From NCBI GenBank assembly GCA_963720665.1, contig CAVRGI010000014.1, forward strand, positions 38,643 to 102,642: a DNA stretch of 64,000 nucleotides, read 5' to 3'. The notes beneath the pieces were generated by a model. The model was given only the letters and a program-made list of their open reading frames with translations, did no database searches and was not told where the DNA came from. The first letter of the stretch is position 1. Each line of letters begins with the position of its first letter. The stretch is from an uncultured Solirubrobacterales bacterium (GTDB taxonomy: Bacteria > Actinomycetota > Thermoleophilia > Solirubrobacterales > Solirubrobacteraceae). This document shows positions 10,144 through 18,940 of the stretch, in pieces. A program made the translations under genes and the position numbers.

Positions 10144-10182
10144 GCCTGAGCGTCGCGAGCGTGGGGTTGTCAGGTCGCACGT

Positions 10183-10677
10183 CTACTGCCCGATGAAATC
10201 CATGTCCACGTCGATCTTCGCCGTGCTCGGATCGACCGCGCGGATCGCGTCTTTGACCATCGGCACCAGCAGCGGTTGCCCGCCCGCCTGCGGTTGCACC
10301 TCAAGCGCCTCGCAGGAGGGCAGCTCGATCACGCCGCTCACAGTGCCGACCGTGCGCTCGCCGTCTACGACGATGCAGCCTTCGAGCTGATGCGCCCACC
10401 ATTCCCCGTCGGCCAGCGCGGGGGCCTCGCGCGCTGCGACGGTCAGCGTCAAACCGCGCAGCGCCTCGGCGCCGTCGCGATCGCCGATCTCGGCAAGGCG
10501 CACGATCGGCCGCTGGTCGGTACCCGCGCGGCGCACGATCTTCATCGCCCTGCCGTCGACTGTCACGTGCGCTCCGGGCTCGAGCAGCTGCGGCCTGGCC
10601 CGCGTCACGTAGAAGCTGCCGTCCAGGCCGTGAGCGCGACCGACCCGGCCGGCCTGCAACGGATGCTCGCCGCTCAT
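10183..10677 (-). CDS. rimM: 16S rRNA processing protein RimM
   Basis: 164 aa with RimM N-terminal and PRC-barrel-like sequence (GRVGRAHGLDGSFYV...), positioned after rpsP and the KH protein. Confidence 0.9.
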   Translation of the reverse strand: MSGEHPLQAGRVGRAHGLDGSFYVTRARPQLLEPGAHVTVDGRAMKIVRRAGTDQRPIVRLAEIGDRDGAEALRGLTLTVAAREAPALADGEWWAHQLEGCIVVDGERTVGTVSGVIELPSCEALEVQPQAGGQPLLVPMVKDAIRAVDPSTAKIDVDMDFIGQ

Positions 10678-10692
10678 CGCGCCTCGGGTCAG

Positions 10693-10941
10693 TCAGTCGA
10701 CGATGTCGACGAGCACCCTGCGGCCTTCGCCGGTCGCCGCCGCTTTGACGACCGTGCGCAGCGCCTGTGCGGTACGTCCGCCGCGACCGATCACCCTGCC
10801 GTAGTCGCTCTCCGCGACGCACAGCTCGAGCACGATCGTCCCGTCGTCCTCCTCGAATTGCTCGACCGACACGTCCGCAGGCTCGTCGACCAGGCCTTCC
10901 GCCAGGTACGCAAGCAGTTCTCGAGGGGTCTCGCCGGACAT
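10693..10941 (-). CDS. KH domain RNA-binding protein (YlqC family)
   Basis: 82 aa with the GRVIGRGGRTAQALRTVV KH motif, in the conserved position between rpsP and rimM. Confidence 0.85.
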   Translation of the reverse strand: MSGETPRELLAYLAEGLVDEPADVSVEQFEEDDGTIVLELCVAESDYGRVIGRGGRTAQALRTVVKAAATGEGRRVLVDIVD

Positions 10942-10983
10942 CTCGCTTCTACCGCAGCCCGTGCTCCCGGTCCTGCCGTGGCG

Positions 10984-11238
10984 TCAGTCGCCGTGGGCGG
11001 AAATGCCCTGGATGCGCAGCAGCTTGCGCACGGTTCTCGACGGTTGGGCGCCGCGAGCCAGCCAGGTGCGCGCGCGCTCGCCGTCGATCGAGATCGTCGA
11101 GGGATCCGTCTGCGCGTTGTACTGGCCGATCGTCTCGATCACCCGACCATCGCGCGGCGAGCGCTGGTCGGCGACGACCACGCGCCAGATCGGATCCTTC
11201 CTGCCGCCCACTCGCGTGAGCCTGAGTCTTACCGACAC
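10984..11238 (-). CDS. rpsP: 30S ribosomal protein S16
   Basis: 84 aa, MSVRLRLTRVGGRKDPIWRVVVADQRSPRDGRVIETIGQY..., preceded by a GAGAGGAAAG Shine-Dalgarno. Confidence 0.95.
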   Translation of the reverse strand: MSVRLRLTRVGGRKDPIWRVVVADQRSPRDGRVIETIGQYNAQTDPSTISIDGERARTWLARGAQPSRTVRKLLRIQGISAHGD

Positions 11239-11356
11239 TCTTTCCTCTCTGGATGCTTGATATCAGCGCAGTGCAGCCTGGTCGGCTGCCGCTCCGCGTG
11301 CGATTGCAAGCAGCAGCTTAGACGGTGCACCCTGCGGAGGCCTGCCCGCCGGCAGC

Positions 11357-12691
11357 CTAGCGGCCCTGACGCATCAGCGCCCCGATATCCGGCATCTTGC
11401 CCCGTCCGAGCTGCTTCATCAGCTTGCGCGTCTGGCCGAACTGCTTGACGAGCTGGTTCACCTGCTGGACGTTCGTACCCGAGCCCCGGGCGATGCGCAG
11501 CCGCCGCGAGCCCTTGATCAGCTCCGGGTGACGGCGCTCGTCGGGCGTCATCGACAGGATGATCGCCTGCACGCGATCGAGCTCGCGCTCGTCGACCTTC
11601 ATGTTCTGCAGCTGATGCCCCGCGAGCCCGGGGAGCATGCCGAGCAGGTTGGTGAGGGGGCCCATCCGCCGCATCGTCTTGAGCTGAGCGAGGAAGTCGT
11701 CGAGGCCGAATTCGTCTCGCTTGAGCTTGCGCTGCAGCGCGAGCGCCTCGTCCTCGTCGAATTGGCGCTCGGCGTGCTCGATCAGGCTCAGCACGTCGCC
11801 CATGCCGAGGATCCGCTGGGCCATCCGGTCCGGGTGGAAGCGCTCGAACTGGCCGATCTTCTCGCCGGTCGACGCGAACATGATCGGCTTGCCGGTGACG
11901 GCCTTGACCGATAGCGCCGCGCCGCCGCGCGCGTCGCCGTCGAGCTTGCTCATCACCACGCCGTCGAACTGGATCTCCTCGGCGAACCGCTCGGCGACGC
12001 CGGCCGCGTCCTGGCCGGTCATCGCGTCGACCACCAGCAGCACATCGGTTGGGTCGACTGCGGAGCGCATCCGCACGAGCTCGGCCATCAGCTGCTCGTC
12101 GATGTGCAGCCGCCCGCTGGTGTCGACGATCAGGACGTCCTTGCCCTCCTGCTTGGCGCGCTCGAGCGCCCAGGCGGCGATCTCGACCGGGTCGCGCTCG
12201 GTCCCCTGCTCGTAGACGTCCGCCCCGGCCTGTCCTCCGACCTTGACGAGCTGCTCGACCGCGGCGGGCCGGTAGGTGTCGCACGCCGCGACCGCGACCG
12301 CAGCGCCGCGCTGCTCGCGCAGGTGATGCGCGAGCTTCGCGGTCGCGGTCGTCTTGCCCGAACCTTGCAGCCCGGCCATCAGGATCACGGTCGGCGGGCT
12401 GGAGGAGAACTCGAGCTCGGCCGCAGCGCCGCCCATCAGCGCGGTCAGCTCCTCGGCGACGATCTTGATGACCTGCTGGCCCGGGTTCAGCCCCCCGATC
12501 ACGTCTGCCCCGAGGCAGCGCTCCTTGACCTGCGCGGTGAACTGGCGCACGACCTTGAAGTTGACGTCCGCCTCGAGCAGCGCGAGCCTGATCTCGCGCA
12601 TCGCGGCGTCGACATCCTGCTCGGTCAGCGTCCCACGCCTGCGCACGTCGGCGAGCGCGATCTGGAGCTTCTCGGAGAGGGCGTCGAACAT
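11357..12691 (-). CDS. ffh: Signal recognition particle protein Ffh
   Basis: 444 aa with an NG domain (GLQGSGKTTT, DTSGR) and a Met-rich M domain (LLGMLPG...). Confidence 0.95.
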   Translation of the reverse strand: MFDALSEKLQIALADVRRRGTLTEQDVDAAMREIRLALLEADVNFKVVRQFTAQVKERCLGADVIGGLNPGQQVIKIVAEELTALMGGAAAELEFSSSPPTVILMAGLQGSGKTTATAKLAHHLREQRGAAVAVAACDTYRPAAVEQLVKVGGQAGADVYEQGTERDPVEIAAWALERAKQEGKDVLIVDTSGRLHIDEQLMAELVRMRSAVDPTDVLLVVDAMTGQDAAGVAERFAEEIQFDGVVMSKLDGDARGGAALSVKAVTGKPIMFASTGEKIGQFERFHPDRMAQRILGMGDVLSLIEHAERQFDEDEALALQRKLKRDEFGLDDFLAQLKTMRRMGPLTNLLGMLPGLAGHQLQNMKVDERELDRVQAIILSMTPDERRHPELIKGSRRLRIARGSGTNVQQVNQLVKQFGQTRKLMKQLGRGKMPDIGALMRQGR

Positions 12692-12733
12692 GAGCTGATT
12701 CTCGCAGCCGTCGGTTAACCGGCAGCGTTTGGC

Positions 12734-13654
12734 CTAGCGTTCGCCGTCCGCCGGCGGCAGCGGCGGCTGGTCGCCCGCGCCGCCGCTCACGCGCCGTGAG
12801 AGCGCTTCGCCGATGCCGCCGAAGGCCTGCGCGAACTCCGACGGCACGACGAACACCTTGTTGGCGTCGCCTTCGGCGAGGTCCGGCAGCATCTTCAGGT
12901 ATTCGTAGCTGAGCAGCTCGCGCGTCGGCTTGCCCGCGTGGATCGCTTTGAACACCGTATCGATCGCTTTCGCTTCGCCCTCGGCGCGCAAGATCGCGGC
13001 TTCGCGCTCGCCCTCGGCCGTCAGCACCGCCGCCTGCTTGGCTCCCTCCGCGGTGAGGATCTGCGACTGCTTCTCGCCTTCGGCGGTGAGGATCAGGGCA
13101 CGGCGATCGCGCTCGGCCCGCATCTGCTTCTCCATCGCCGTCTTGATGTCTTCCGGCGGATCGACCGACTTGATCTCGACGCGGTTGATCCTGATCCCCC
13201 ACTTGCCGGTCGCCTCGTCGAGGACCGTACGCAGCTCGGCGTTGACGTTCTCGCGCGCGGTCAGCGTCGCCTCGAGCGTCAGGCCTCCGATCACGTTGCG
13301 CAGGGTCGTCACGGTGAGCTGCTCGATCGCCTGCAGTGGATTGGAGATCTCATACGTCGCCGAGCGCGCATCGGTGATCGTGAAGTAGAGGACCGTTTCG
13401 ATCGCCACGACGACGTTGTCCTCGGTTATCACCGACTGGGGCGTGAAGTTCACGACCTGCTCGCGCATATCCAGAAGCGGGCGTACGCGGTCGATGAACG
13501 GGGTGACGATCGCCAGGCCAGGTTCGAGCGTACGGCTGTAGCGACCGAGCCGCTCGACGACCCCCGCCTTGGCCTGGGGAATCACGCGAATCGTGCGCGC
13601 CGCCAGCACCAGCGCGAACAACACGACCACGACGACGACGATGATTGCGACCAT
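12734..13654 (-). CDS. SPFH/band-7 (stomatin-like) membrane protein
   Basis: 306 aa with an N-terminal TM helix, an SPFH core and an AEGE-repeat coiled region. It is paired with an upstream NfeD gene. Confidence 0.9.
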   Translation of the reverse strand: MVAIIVVVVVVLFALVLAARTIRVIPQAKAGVVERLGRYSRTLEPGLAIVTPFIDRVRPLLDMREQVVNFTPQSVITEDNVVVAIETVLYFTITDARSATYEISNPLQAIEQLTVTTLRNVIGGLTLEATLTARENVNAELRTVLDEATGKWGIRINRVEIKSVDPPEDIKTAMEKQMRAERDRRALILTAEGEKQSQILTAEGAKQAAVLTAEGEREAAILRAEGEAKAIDTVFKAIHAGKPTRELLSYEYLKMLPDLAEGDANKVFVVPSEFAQAFGGIGEALSRRVSGGAGDQPPLPPADGER

Positions 13655-13714
13655 TGCCCAGGTTCCTTTTCTCGCAGGTGCTACCCGCAGCGTAGCTCGA
13701 TTACGGCACCTCTC

Positions 13715-14146
13715 TCAGTGCATGACCAGCGCAGTCGCTCCGCGAATCTCCACCACTTCGACCCGCTCGCCCGCGTCGATGATCTCGTCCTGGTCATAGC
13801 TGCGCGCCGTCCAGACCTCGCCGTCGATCTTCACGCAGCCGACGCCTTCGTCGTTGGCGATCCGCTCGATCACGATCGCGGGCTTGCCGACGAGCGCCGC
13901 TGCGCCGGTCCTGATCGCCGGCGGCAGCCTGCGATGCCTGTGTGCGACGGGCCGAAGCGTCGCGAAGACGATCCCCGACGCGGCCAGGAACACGATCGTG
14001 CTGAGCAGGACGCCCACCCCGAGCAGGCTGACGACGGCTGCGAGCGCCGCTCCCGCCGCGAACGGGGCGAGATAGAAGCTGCCTTGATGCATCTCGCCCA
14101 CGCCGAGCAGACAGGCGGCGATGAGCCACACGATCCATGCATCCAT
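13715..14146 (-). CDS. NfeD family membrane protein
   Basis: 143 aa with N-terminal TM helices and a C-terminal OB-like domain (GKPAIVIERI...VKIDGEVWTARS), sitting upstream of the SPFH gene. Confidence 0.85.
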   Translation of the reverse strand: MDAWIVWLIAACLLGVGEMHQGSFYLAPFAAGAALAAVVSLLGVGVLLSTIVFLAASGIVFATLRPVAHRHRRLPPAIRTGAAALVGKPAIVIERIANDEGVGCVKIDGEVWTARSYDQDEIIDAGERVEVVEIRGATALVMH

Positions 14147-14155
14147 GCCTCCAGA

Positions 14156-15160
14156 TTACTCGCCGGCAACCAATGCCTGCGCGAATTCCTGCGGATCGAA
14201 CGGCGTGAGATCCTCGACCGTCTCGCCGGTGCCGATCAGCTTGACCGGCAGCTGCAGCTCGCGCGCGATCGCCAGCGCGATGCCCCCGCGCGCGGTTCCG
14301 TCGAGCTTGGTCAGCACGACGCCCGTGACGCCAGCCGCGTCGGCGAACAGCTGCGCCTGGCGCAGCCCGTTCTGGCCGGTCGTCGCGTCGATCGTCAGCA
14401 GCGTCTCGTGCGGGGCGCCCTGCAGCTGGCGGCCGATCACGCGGCGGACCTTGGCGAGCTCGGCCATCAGATCGTCCTGGGTGTGCAAGCGTCCGGCCGT
14501 GTCGACGATCACCACGTCGCAGCCGTCCGCGTGCGCGCGGGAAATCGCCTCGAACGCGACCGCGCCCGGGTCCGAGCCCTCCGGGCCGGTCACGATCTCA
14601 CAGCCGGCCCGCTGCGCCCAGCCCGCGAGCTGCTCGCTGGCAGCCGCCCGGAACGTGTCCGCGGCGGCGAGCAGCACGGTCCGGCGCAGCTCCTTGTGCA
14701 GGTGCCAGGCGAGCTTGCCGATCGTCGTCGTCTTGCCGGTCCCATTGACGCCGACCGCCAGGATCACCGTTGGCTTTGCTCGGATGTCGATGCGCCCGTC
14801 GCCGACATCGGCCGTCTGGGCCAGGAGTCCGACCAGCCGCTCGCTCAGCGCCTCGCCGCCCTCGAGTTCCCCCGCGTCGGCCTCGGACTCGAGCGTCGCG
14901 ACGATCGCAGCGGTCGTGCGCGCACCCACGTCCGCGACGATCAGAGCCTCCTCCAGGCGTTCCCACGCTTGCGCGTCGAGCGGCCCGAACAGCGTCGCTT
15001 TGATCTCGCCGCCGAGCGCCTCGCGAGTCTTCGTCAGATTCTCGCGCAAGCGTCGGAAGAGCCCGCGCCTGCGCTCGCGCCGGCCGGCAGACGCCTCCCC
15101 GTCGCCTGGCGTGCCCGCCGGGTCACCGGCGATGAACAGCTCGCTCCAGTCTCGCGCCAC
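14156..15160 (-). CDS. ftsY: Signal recognition particle receptor FtsY
   Basis: 334 aa with an NG domain (GVNGTGKTTT, DTAGR, TKLDGTARGG), in the conserved rnc-smc-ftsY order. Confidence 0.95.
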   Translation of the reverse strand: MARDWSELFIAGDPAGTPGDGEASAGRRERRRGLFRRLRENLTKTREALGGEIKATLFGPLDAQAWERLEEALIVADVGARTTAAIVATLESEADAGELEGGEALSERLVGLLAQTADVGDGRIDIRAKPTVILAVGVNGTGKTTTIGKLAWHLHKELRRTVLLAAADTFRAAASEQLAGWAQRAGCEIVTGPEGSDPGAVAFEAISRAHADGCDVVIVDTAGRLHTQDDLMAELAKVRRVIGRQLQGAPHETLLTIDATTGQNGLRQAQLFADAAGVTGVVLTKLDGTARGGIALAIARELQLPVKLIGTGETVEDLTPFDPQEFAQALVAGE

Positions 15161-15171
15161 GGCGGGGTGTC

Positions 15172-17973
15172 TCAGGCAACCTCGGCGACGGACGCCGGCT
15201 CGCCGCGCTCGACCGCGTCGATGCCCGGGGCGGAGGGCGGCGCCTGCGCCGCGCGCCCCGAATCTTCAAGCCGGTCGGCCGTGTCCGTTCGGTCGTCCGT
15301 GTCCGTACGGTCGGCCAGGTCCGGTCGGTCGGCCAGGTCCGGTCGGTCGGCCCCGTCCAGCGGGTCCGCCGCGTCCGGCCGGTCGGCCCCTTCCGGCCGG
15401 TCCGCCGCGTCCGGCCGGTCGGCCCCGTCCAGCCGGTCGGCCCCTTCCGTTCGGTCGGCCGCGTCCAGCCGGTCAGCAGCTTGCGGAGGCAGGCGCCGCG
15501 AGAGCACCTTGGAGACGCCGTCGCTGCCCATCGAGACGCCGTACAGCCAGTCGGCGGCCTCCATCGTGCGCTTCTGGTGGGTGATGACGATGAACTGCGC
15601 GCGGTCGGCGTAGCGGCGCAGCAGCCCCACGAAGCGGTCGAGGTTGAGGTCGTCCAGCGCGGCCTCGACCTCGTCGAGGATGTAGAAGGGGCATGGCCTG
15701 GCGAGGAATACGGCGAACACGAACGCGAGCGCCGTCAGCGACTTCTCTCCGCCGGACAGCAGCGACAGGCGTTTGGTCGACTTGCCCGCCGGCGTGATCT
15801 CGATCTCGACGCCGAGCGGGTCCTCCATCCCGTCGCGTTCGAGCTCATCTCGTTCAGGCTCCATCTCCGCGACTGACTCAGTGGCGCCGTCCGCGTGGGC
15901 CGCGCCGCTCGCTTGCGAAGCTTCTGCGTCGAGCGGTTCGGCGCCGAGCACCGGTCGCGGCGCCTGCTCCTCGCGCACCAGCCGCAGCCGTCCGCTGCCG
16001 CCAGGAAACAGATCGCCGACGAGCTCTTCGAAGTTCCGCGCGGCTGCCGTGAACGTCCGCTCGAACGTCTCGCTTATCTGGCGGTCGGTGTCTCTGATCA
16101 CGCTACCCAGCTCGCGCAGCGCCGTCTCCAGGTCTTCCCGCCTGGACTCGAGCTCCGCGACATGAGCGAGCGACTCCGCGTACTCCTCCTGCGCGAGCGG
16201 ATTGATCGGACCGAGCTGCTCGCGCCGGCGCATCAGCCGCTGCACGCGCGCCTCCAGCGCCTCGGCCTCCTCCGCCGCGAGCGGCTGCTCTTGGCCGTCC
16301 TCGTCTGACGGCGTCAGCTGCAGACGCTCGGCGATGTCGCGCAGCTCGGTTTGGGCCTCCGCGGCCTGATCGCGCAGGCGCTGCGCGGCGAGCGCCGCCT
16401 CCGTGACGGCCTCGCTCGCAGCACGCAGTGCGCTCTGGATCTCGGCCTCCTCGCCCGCGCACAGGCGCAGCTCGCCGGCGACCTCCTCGCCAACCGCGCT
16501 GTCCTGGTCGAGCTCCGCGTCGAAGCGCCCGACCACGCCCGCTGCGATCGCCGCGTCGAGGCTCGCCAGCGCGTCGCTCAGCCGCTGCGCGACCGGCGCC
16601 AGCCGCAGATCGGCCTCGAGCCGGGCGCGCAAACTCTCGATCCGCTGGGCCCGTTCGGCGAGCGCTGACGCCGCGAGCTCGGCTCGGCGACGCTCCTCCT
16701 CGGTATTCGAGCTGGACAGCGCGTCGGCGAGCGCGCGCTCAAACGCCTCGCGCGCCAGGAGCTCCGCTGCGGCGAGCGCCTCCTCGAGCAGCCGCGCGCG
16801 CGCGTCGTCGTCGCTCTGCCGCAGCGCGCGCTCGACGCCGTCGGCGATCGTGCTGCGGACCCGTCGCCAGAGCGCTTCCCAGGCCGCCCGACCGTCGCTT
16901 CCGGCGACCGCATCCTGCTCGCCCGGCGGGCCCGGCAGAACCTGCTCGGCGACGGCAGCCCGCGCGGCTGCCCCGGACGGCGACGGGAGAGGTTCGACAA
17001 GCTCCGCCTGCTGGCGCTCGATCCGGCGCGCGAGCACCTGCGCGCTGGCGCTCGCCTGCTCCGCGCGCAGACCGATGCGATCGCGCGCCGAGCGCGCGCC
17101 GTAGGCGCGGCGCGCCAGCTCGTCGCGACGCTCGGAGCGCTCGGTCAAGGCGCGTTCGGCCGCTGCGCGCCGGCGCACGACCGCTTGCAGTTCGGACTCG
17201 ACGTGCTCACGCCGCTCGCGCGCGGCGTCGGCGCGCGCCTCGGCCGCTCGCAGCTCGACACTGCGGGCGCGCAGCGACTCGCGACCAAGCGTCCAGCGTG
17301 CTTCCAGCGTCTGGCGTTCGAGCCGCTCGTGCAGCTCCGCCGCCTCTGCCTGGCGCTTGAGCGGGCGCAGCCGCGCGCGCGCCTCGCGCTCGATGTCCAG
17401 CGCGCGATCGAGGTTCTCCTGGGTTCGTTCGAGCTTCAGCTGCGCGCGCCGGCGGCGCTTGCGGTGCTTGCCCAGCCCGGCCGCCTCCTCGATCAGCAGC
17501 CGCCGCTCGCGCGGTTTGGAGGTCACGATCGACTCGACCCGCCCCTGGGAGATAACCGAGTGGGTCTCCTTGCCAAGCCCGGTGTCGGAGAGCACCTCGA
17601 TCACGTCACTCAGCCGGCAGCGCGCGCCGTTCAAGCGGTAGCCGCCGTCGCCCGTGCGCTCGAGCCGCCGTACGATCGATATTTCGCTCAGGGGAACGGC
17701 GAGCGTGCCGTCGGAGTTGTCGAGCACGATCTCGACCTCGGCCGCGTTGCGCGCCTGCACGCCTCTGGCGCCGCCGAAGATCACGTCCTGCATCGACTGC
17801 CCCCTCACCGCCAGCGGCGATTGCTCGCCCATCGCCCAGAGCACCGCGTCGGTGATGTTCGACTTGCCCGATCCGTTCGGCCCGACGACGACGCTCACAC
17901 CCGGCCCGAAGTCGAGCGTGGTCCGCCCGGAAAAGGACTTGAAACCCTTCAGGGTGAGCGATTTCAAACGCAC
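15172..17973 (-). CDS. smc: SMC chromosome segregation ATPase (short; no hinge recognised; repeat tail)
   Basis: A GTG at 17973 gives VRLKSLTLKGFKSF...GPNGSGKSN (Walker A). The C-terminal head has LSGGEK and ILDEVEAALD. The gene sits between rnc and ftsY. It is about 933 aa, against roughly 1150-1200 aa for typical SMC as I recall. Confidence 0.8.
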   Translation of the reverse strand: MRLKSLTLKGFKSFSGRTTLDFGPGVSVVVGPNGSGKSNITDAVLWAMGEQSPLAVRGQSMQDVIFGGARGVQARNAAEVEIVLDNSDGTLAVPLSEISIVRRLERTGDGGYRLNGARCRLSDVIEVLSDTGLGKETHSVISQGRVESIVTSKPRERRLLIEEAAGLGKHRKRRRRAQLKLERTQENLDRALDIEREARARLRPLKRQAEAAELHERLERQTLEARWTLGRESLRARSVELRAAEARADAARERREHVESELQAVVRRRAAAERALTERSERRDELARRAYGARSARDRIGLRAEQASASAQVLARRIERQQAELVEPLPSPSGAAARAAVAEQVLPGPPGEQDAVAGSDGRAAWEALWRRVRSTIADGVERALRQSDDDARARLLEEALAAAELLAREAFERALADALSSSNTEEERRRAELAASALAERAQRIESLRARLEADLRLAPVAQRLSDALASLDAAIAAGVVGRFDAELDQDSAVGEEVAGELRLCAGEEAEIQSALRAASEAVTEAALAAQRLRDQAAEAQTELRDIAERLQLTPSDEDGQEQPLAAEEAEALEARVQRLMRRREQLGPINPLAQEEYAESLAHVAELESRREDLETALRELGSVIRDTDRQISETFERTFTAAARNFEELVGDLFPGGSGRLRLVREEQAPRPVLGAEPLDAEASQASGAAHADGATESVAEMEPERDELERDGMEDPLGVEIEITPAGKSTKRLSLLSGGEKSLTALAFVFAVFLARPCPFYILDEVEAALDDLNLDRFVGLLRRYADRAQFIVITHQKRTMEAADWLYGVSMGSDGVSKVLSRRLPPQAADRLDAADRTEGADRLDGADRPDAADRPEGADRPDAADPLDGADRPDLADRPDLADRTDTDDRTDTADRLEDSGRAAQAPPSAPGIDAVERGEPASVAEVA
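15262..15486 (-). repeat. About 12 tandem 18-nt units inside the smc 3' end
   Basis: Units such as cggtcggtcggccaggtc, cggccggtcggccccgtc and cagccggtcggccccttc recur at an 18-nt period. They encode ADRLDA ADRTEG ADRLDG ADRPDA ADRPEG and similar hexapeptides. Confidence 0.85.
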
Positions 17974-17989
17974 CGATGGACTCGCTTTC

Positions 17990-18682
17990 TCAGGATCCCG
18001 ACTGCAGCCGCTCGACCACAACCCGGGCCGCCTCCTGCTCTGCCTGCTTCTTGCTTTTGCCGCTGCCTCCTCCCATCAGCTCGCCGTCGACCAGCGCCGC
18101 GACCTCGTAGATGCGCTCGTGCGGCGGCCCGCTCTCGCGCTGGATCTCGTAGCTGACGACCTCTCCGCGGCGCGCGAGCAGCTCCTGCAGCGCGGACTTG
18201 AAGTCGACCGGGTTCTCCAGCGCCTGGTCGATCTCCGGCGCAAACGCATCGACCACGGCTTGGGCAGTGCGCTCGTAGCCCGTGGTCAGGTAGCAGGCGC
18301 CGATCACCGCCTCGATCACCGACGCGAGCACGCGCTCGGTCTCGGACAGCGCGCCCGCACCGTCCGACGCTCCCTGCGGGGCTGCCGCGCGTAGCCGCGC
18401 CGGCACTCCCAGCCGCTCGGCGACCGCCCGGCAGCTCGGTCCCGACACCGCCTGCGCACGGATCTTCGTGAGCCTGCCTGCGCCGAAGCGCTCGGCCTCC
18501 AAACGCGGATACAGGTGCGTGGTGACCGCCAGCGCGAGCACGCTGTCGCCGAGGAACGCCAGCCGTACGTAGGAATCCTCGCGCCGATCGGTCCACGACG
18601 CGTGCGTGAACACCTGGCGCTCGAGCTCCGCGGGCAGCTCTTCCAGCAATTGCCTCAGGCGTTTCATGCGCGGGCATCCCAC
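17990..18682 (-). CDS. rnc: Ribonuclease III
   Basis: 230 aa with the FLGDSVLALAV signature and a C-terminal dsRBD (GSGKSKKQAEQEAA). Confidence 0.9.
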   Translation of the reverse strand: MGCPRMKRLRQLLEELPAELERQVFTHASWTDRREDSYVRLAFLGDSVLALAVTTHLYPRLEAERFGAGRLTKIRAQAVSGPSCRAVAERLGVPARLRAAAPQGASDGAGALSETERVLASVIEAVIGACYLTTGYERTAQAVVDAFAPEIDQALENPVDFKSALQELLARRGEVVSYEIQRESGPPHERIYEVAALVDGELMGGGSGKSKKQAEQEAARVVVERLQSGS

Positions 18683-18694
18683 ACGGCCCGGACA

Positions 18695-18940
18695 TCAGGC
18701 GTGCGCATGCGCCAGCACGAAGTCCACCGCCTGCCCGACCGTGGCGATCGTGGCCGCCTGCTCGTCGCTGATCCGCACGCCATAGCTGTCCTCAAGCTCC
18801 TGCACGAGCGTATACAGGTCGAGCGAATCGGCTTCGAGATCCTCCTTGAACCGCGTCGTCTCGAGGATCCTGTCCGGTTCGACGTCCAGCTCGTCGGCCA
18901 AGTGGTCCCTGATCAGCTCGAACACCTGCTTACGGTTCAT
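18695..18940 (-). CDS. acpP: Acyl carrier protein
   Basis: 81 aa with the LEADSLDLYTLVQELE phosphopantetheine Ser motif. Confidence 0.9.
   Translation of the reverse strand: MNRKQVFELIRDHLADELDVEPDRILETTRFKEDLEADSLDLYTLVQELEDSYGVRISDEQAATIATVGQAVDFVLAHAHA

Noticed and set aside
15262-15486. The 18-nt periodic repeats might have been a CRISPR array.
   Set aside because: The units are contiguous with no spacers, far shorter than CRISPR repeats, in frame within smc and imperfect. There are no cas genes in the window.
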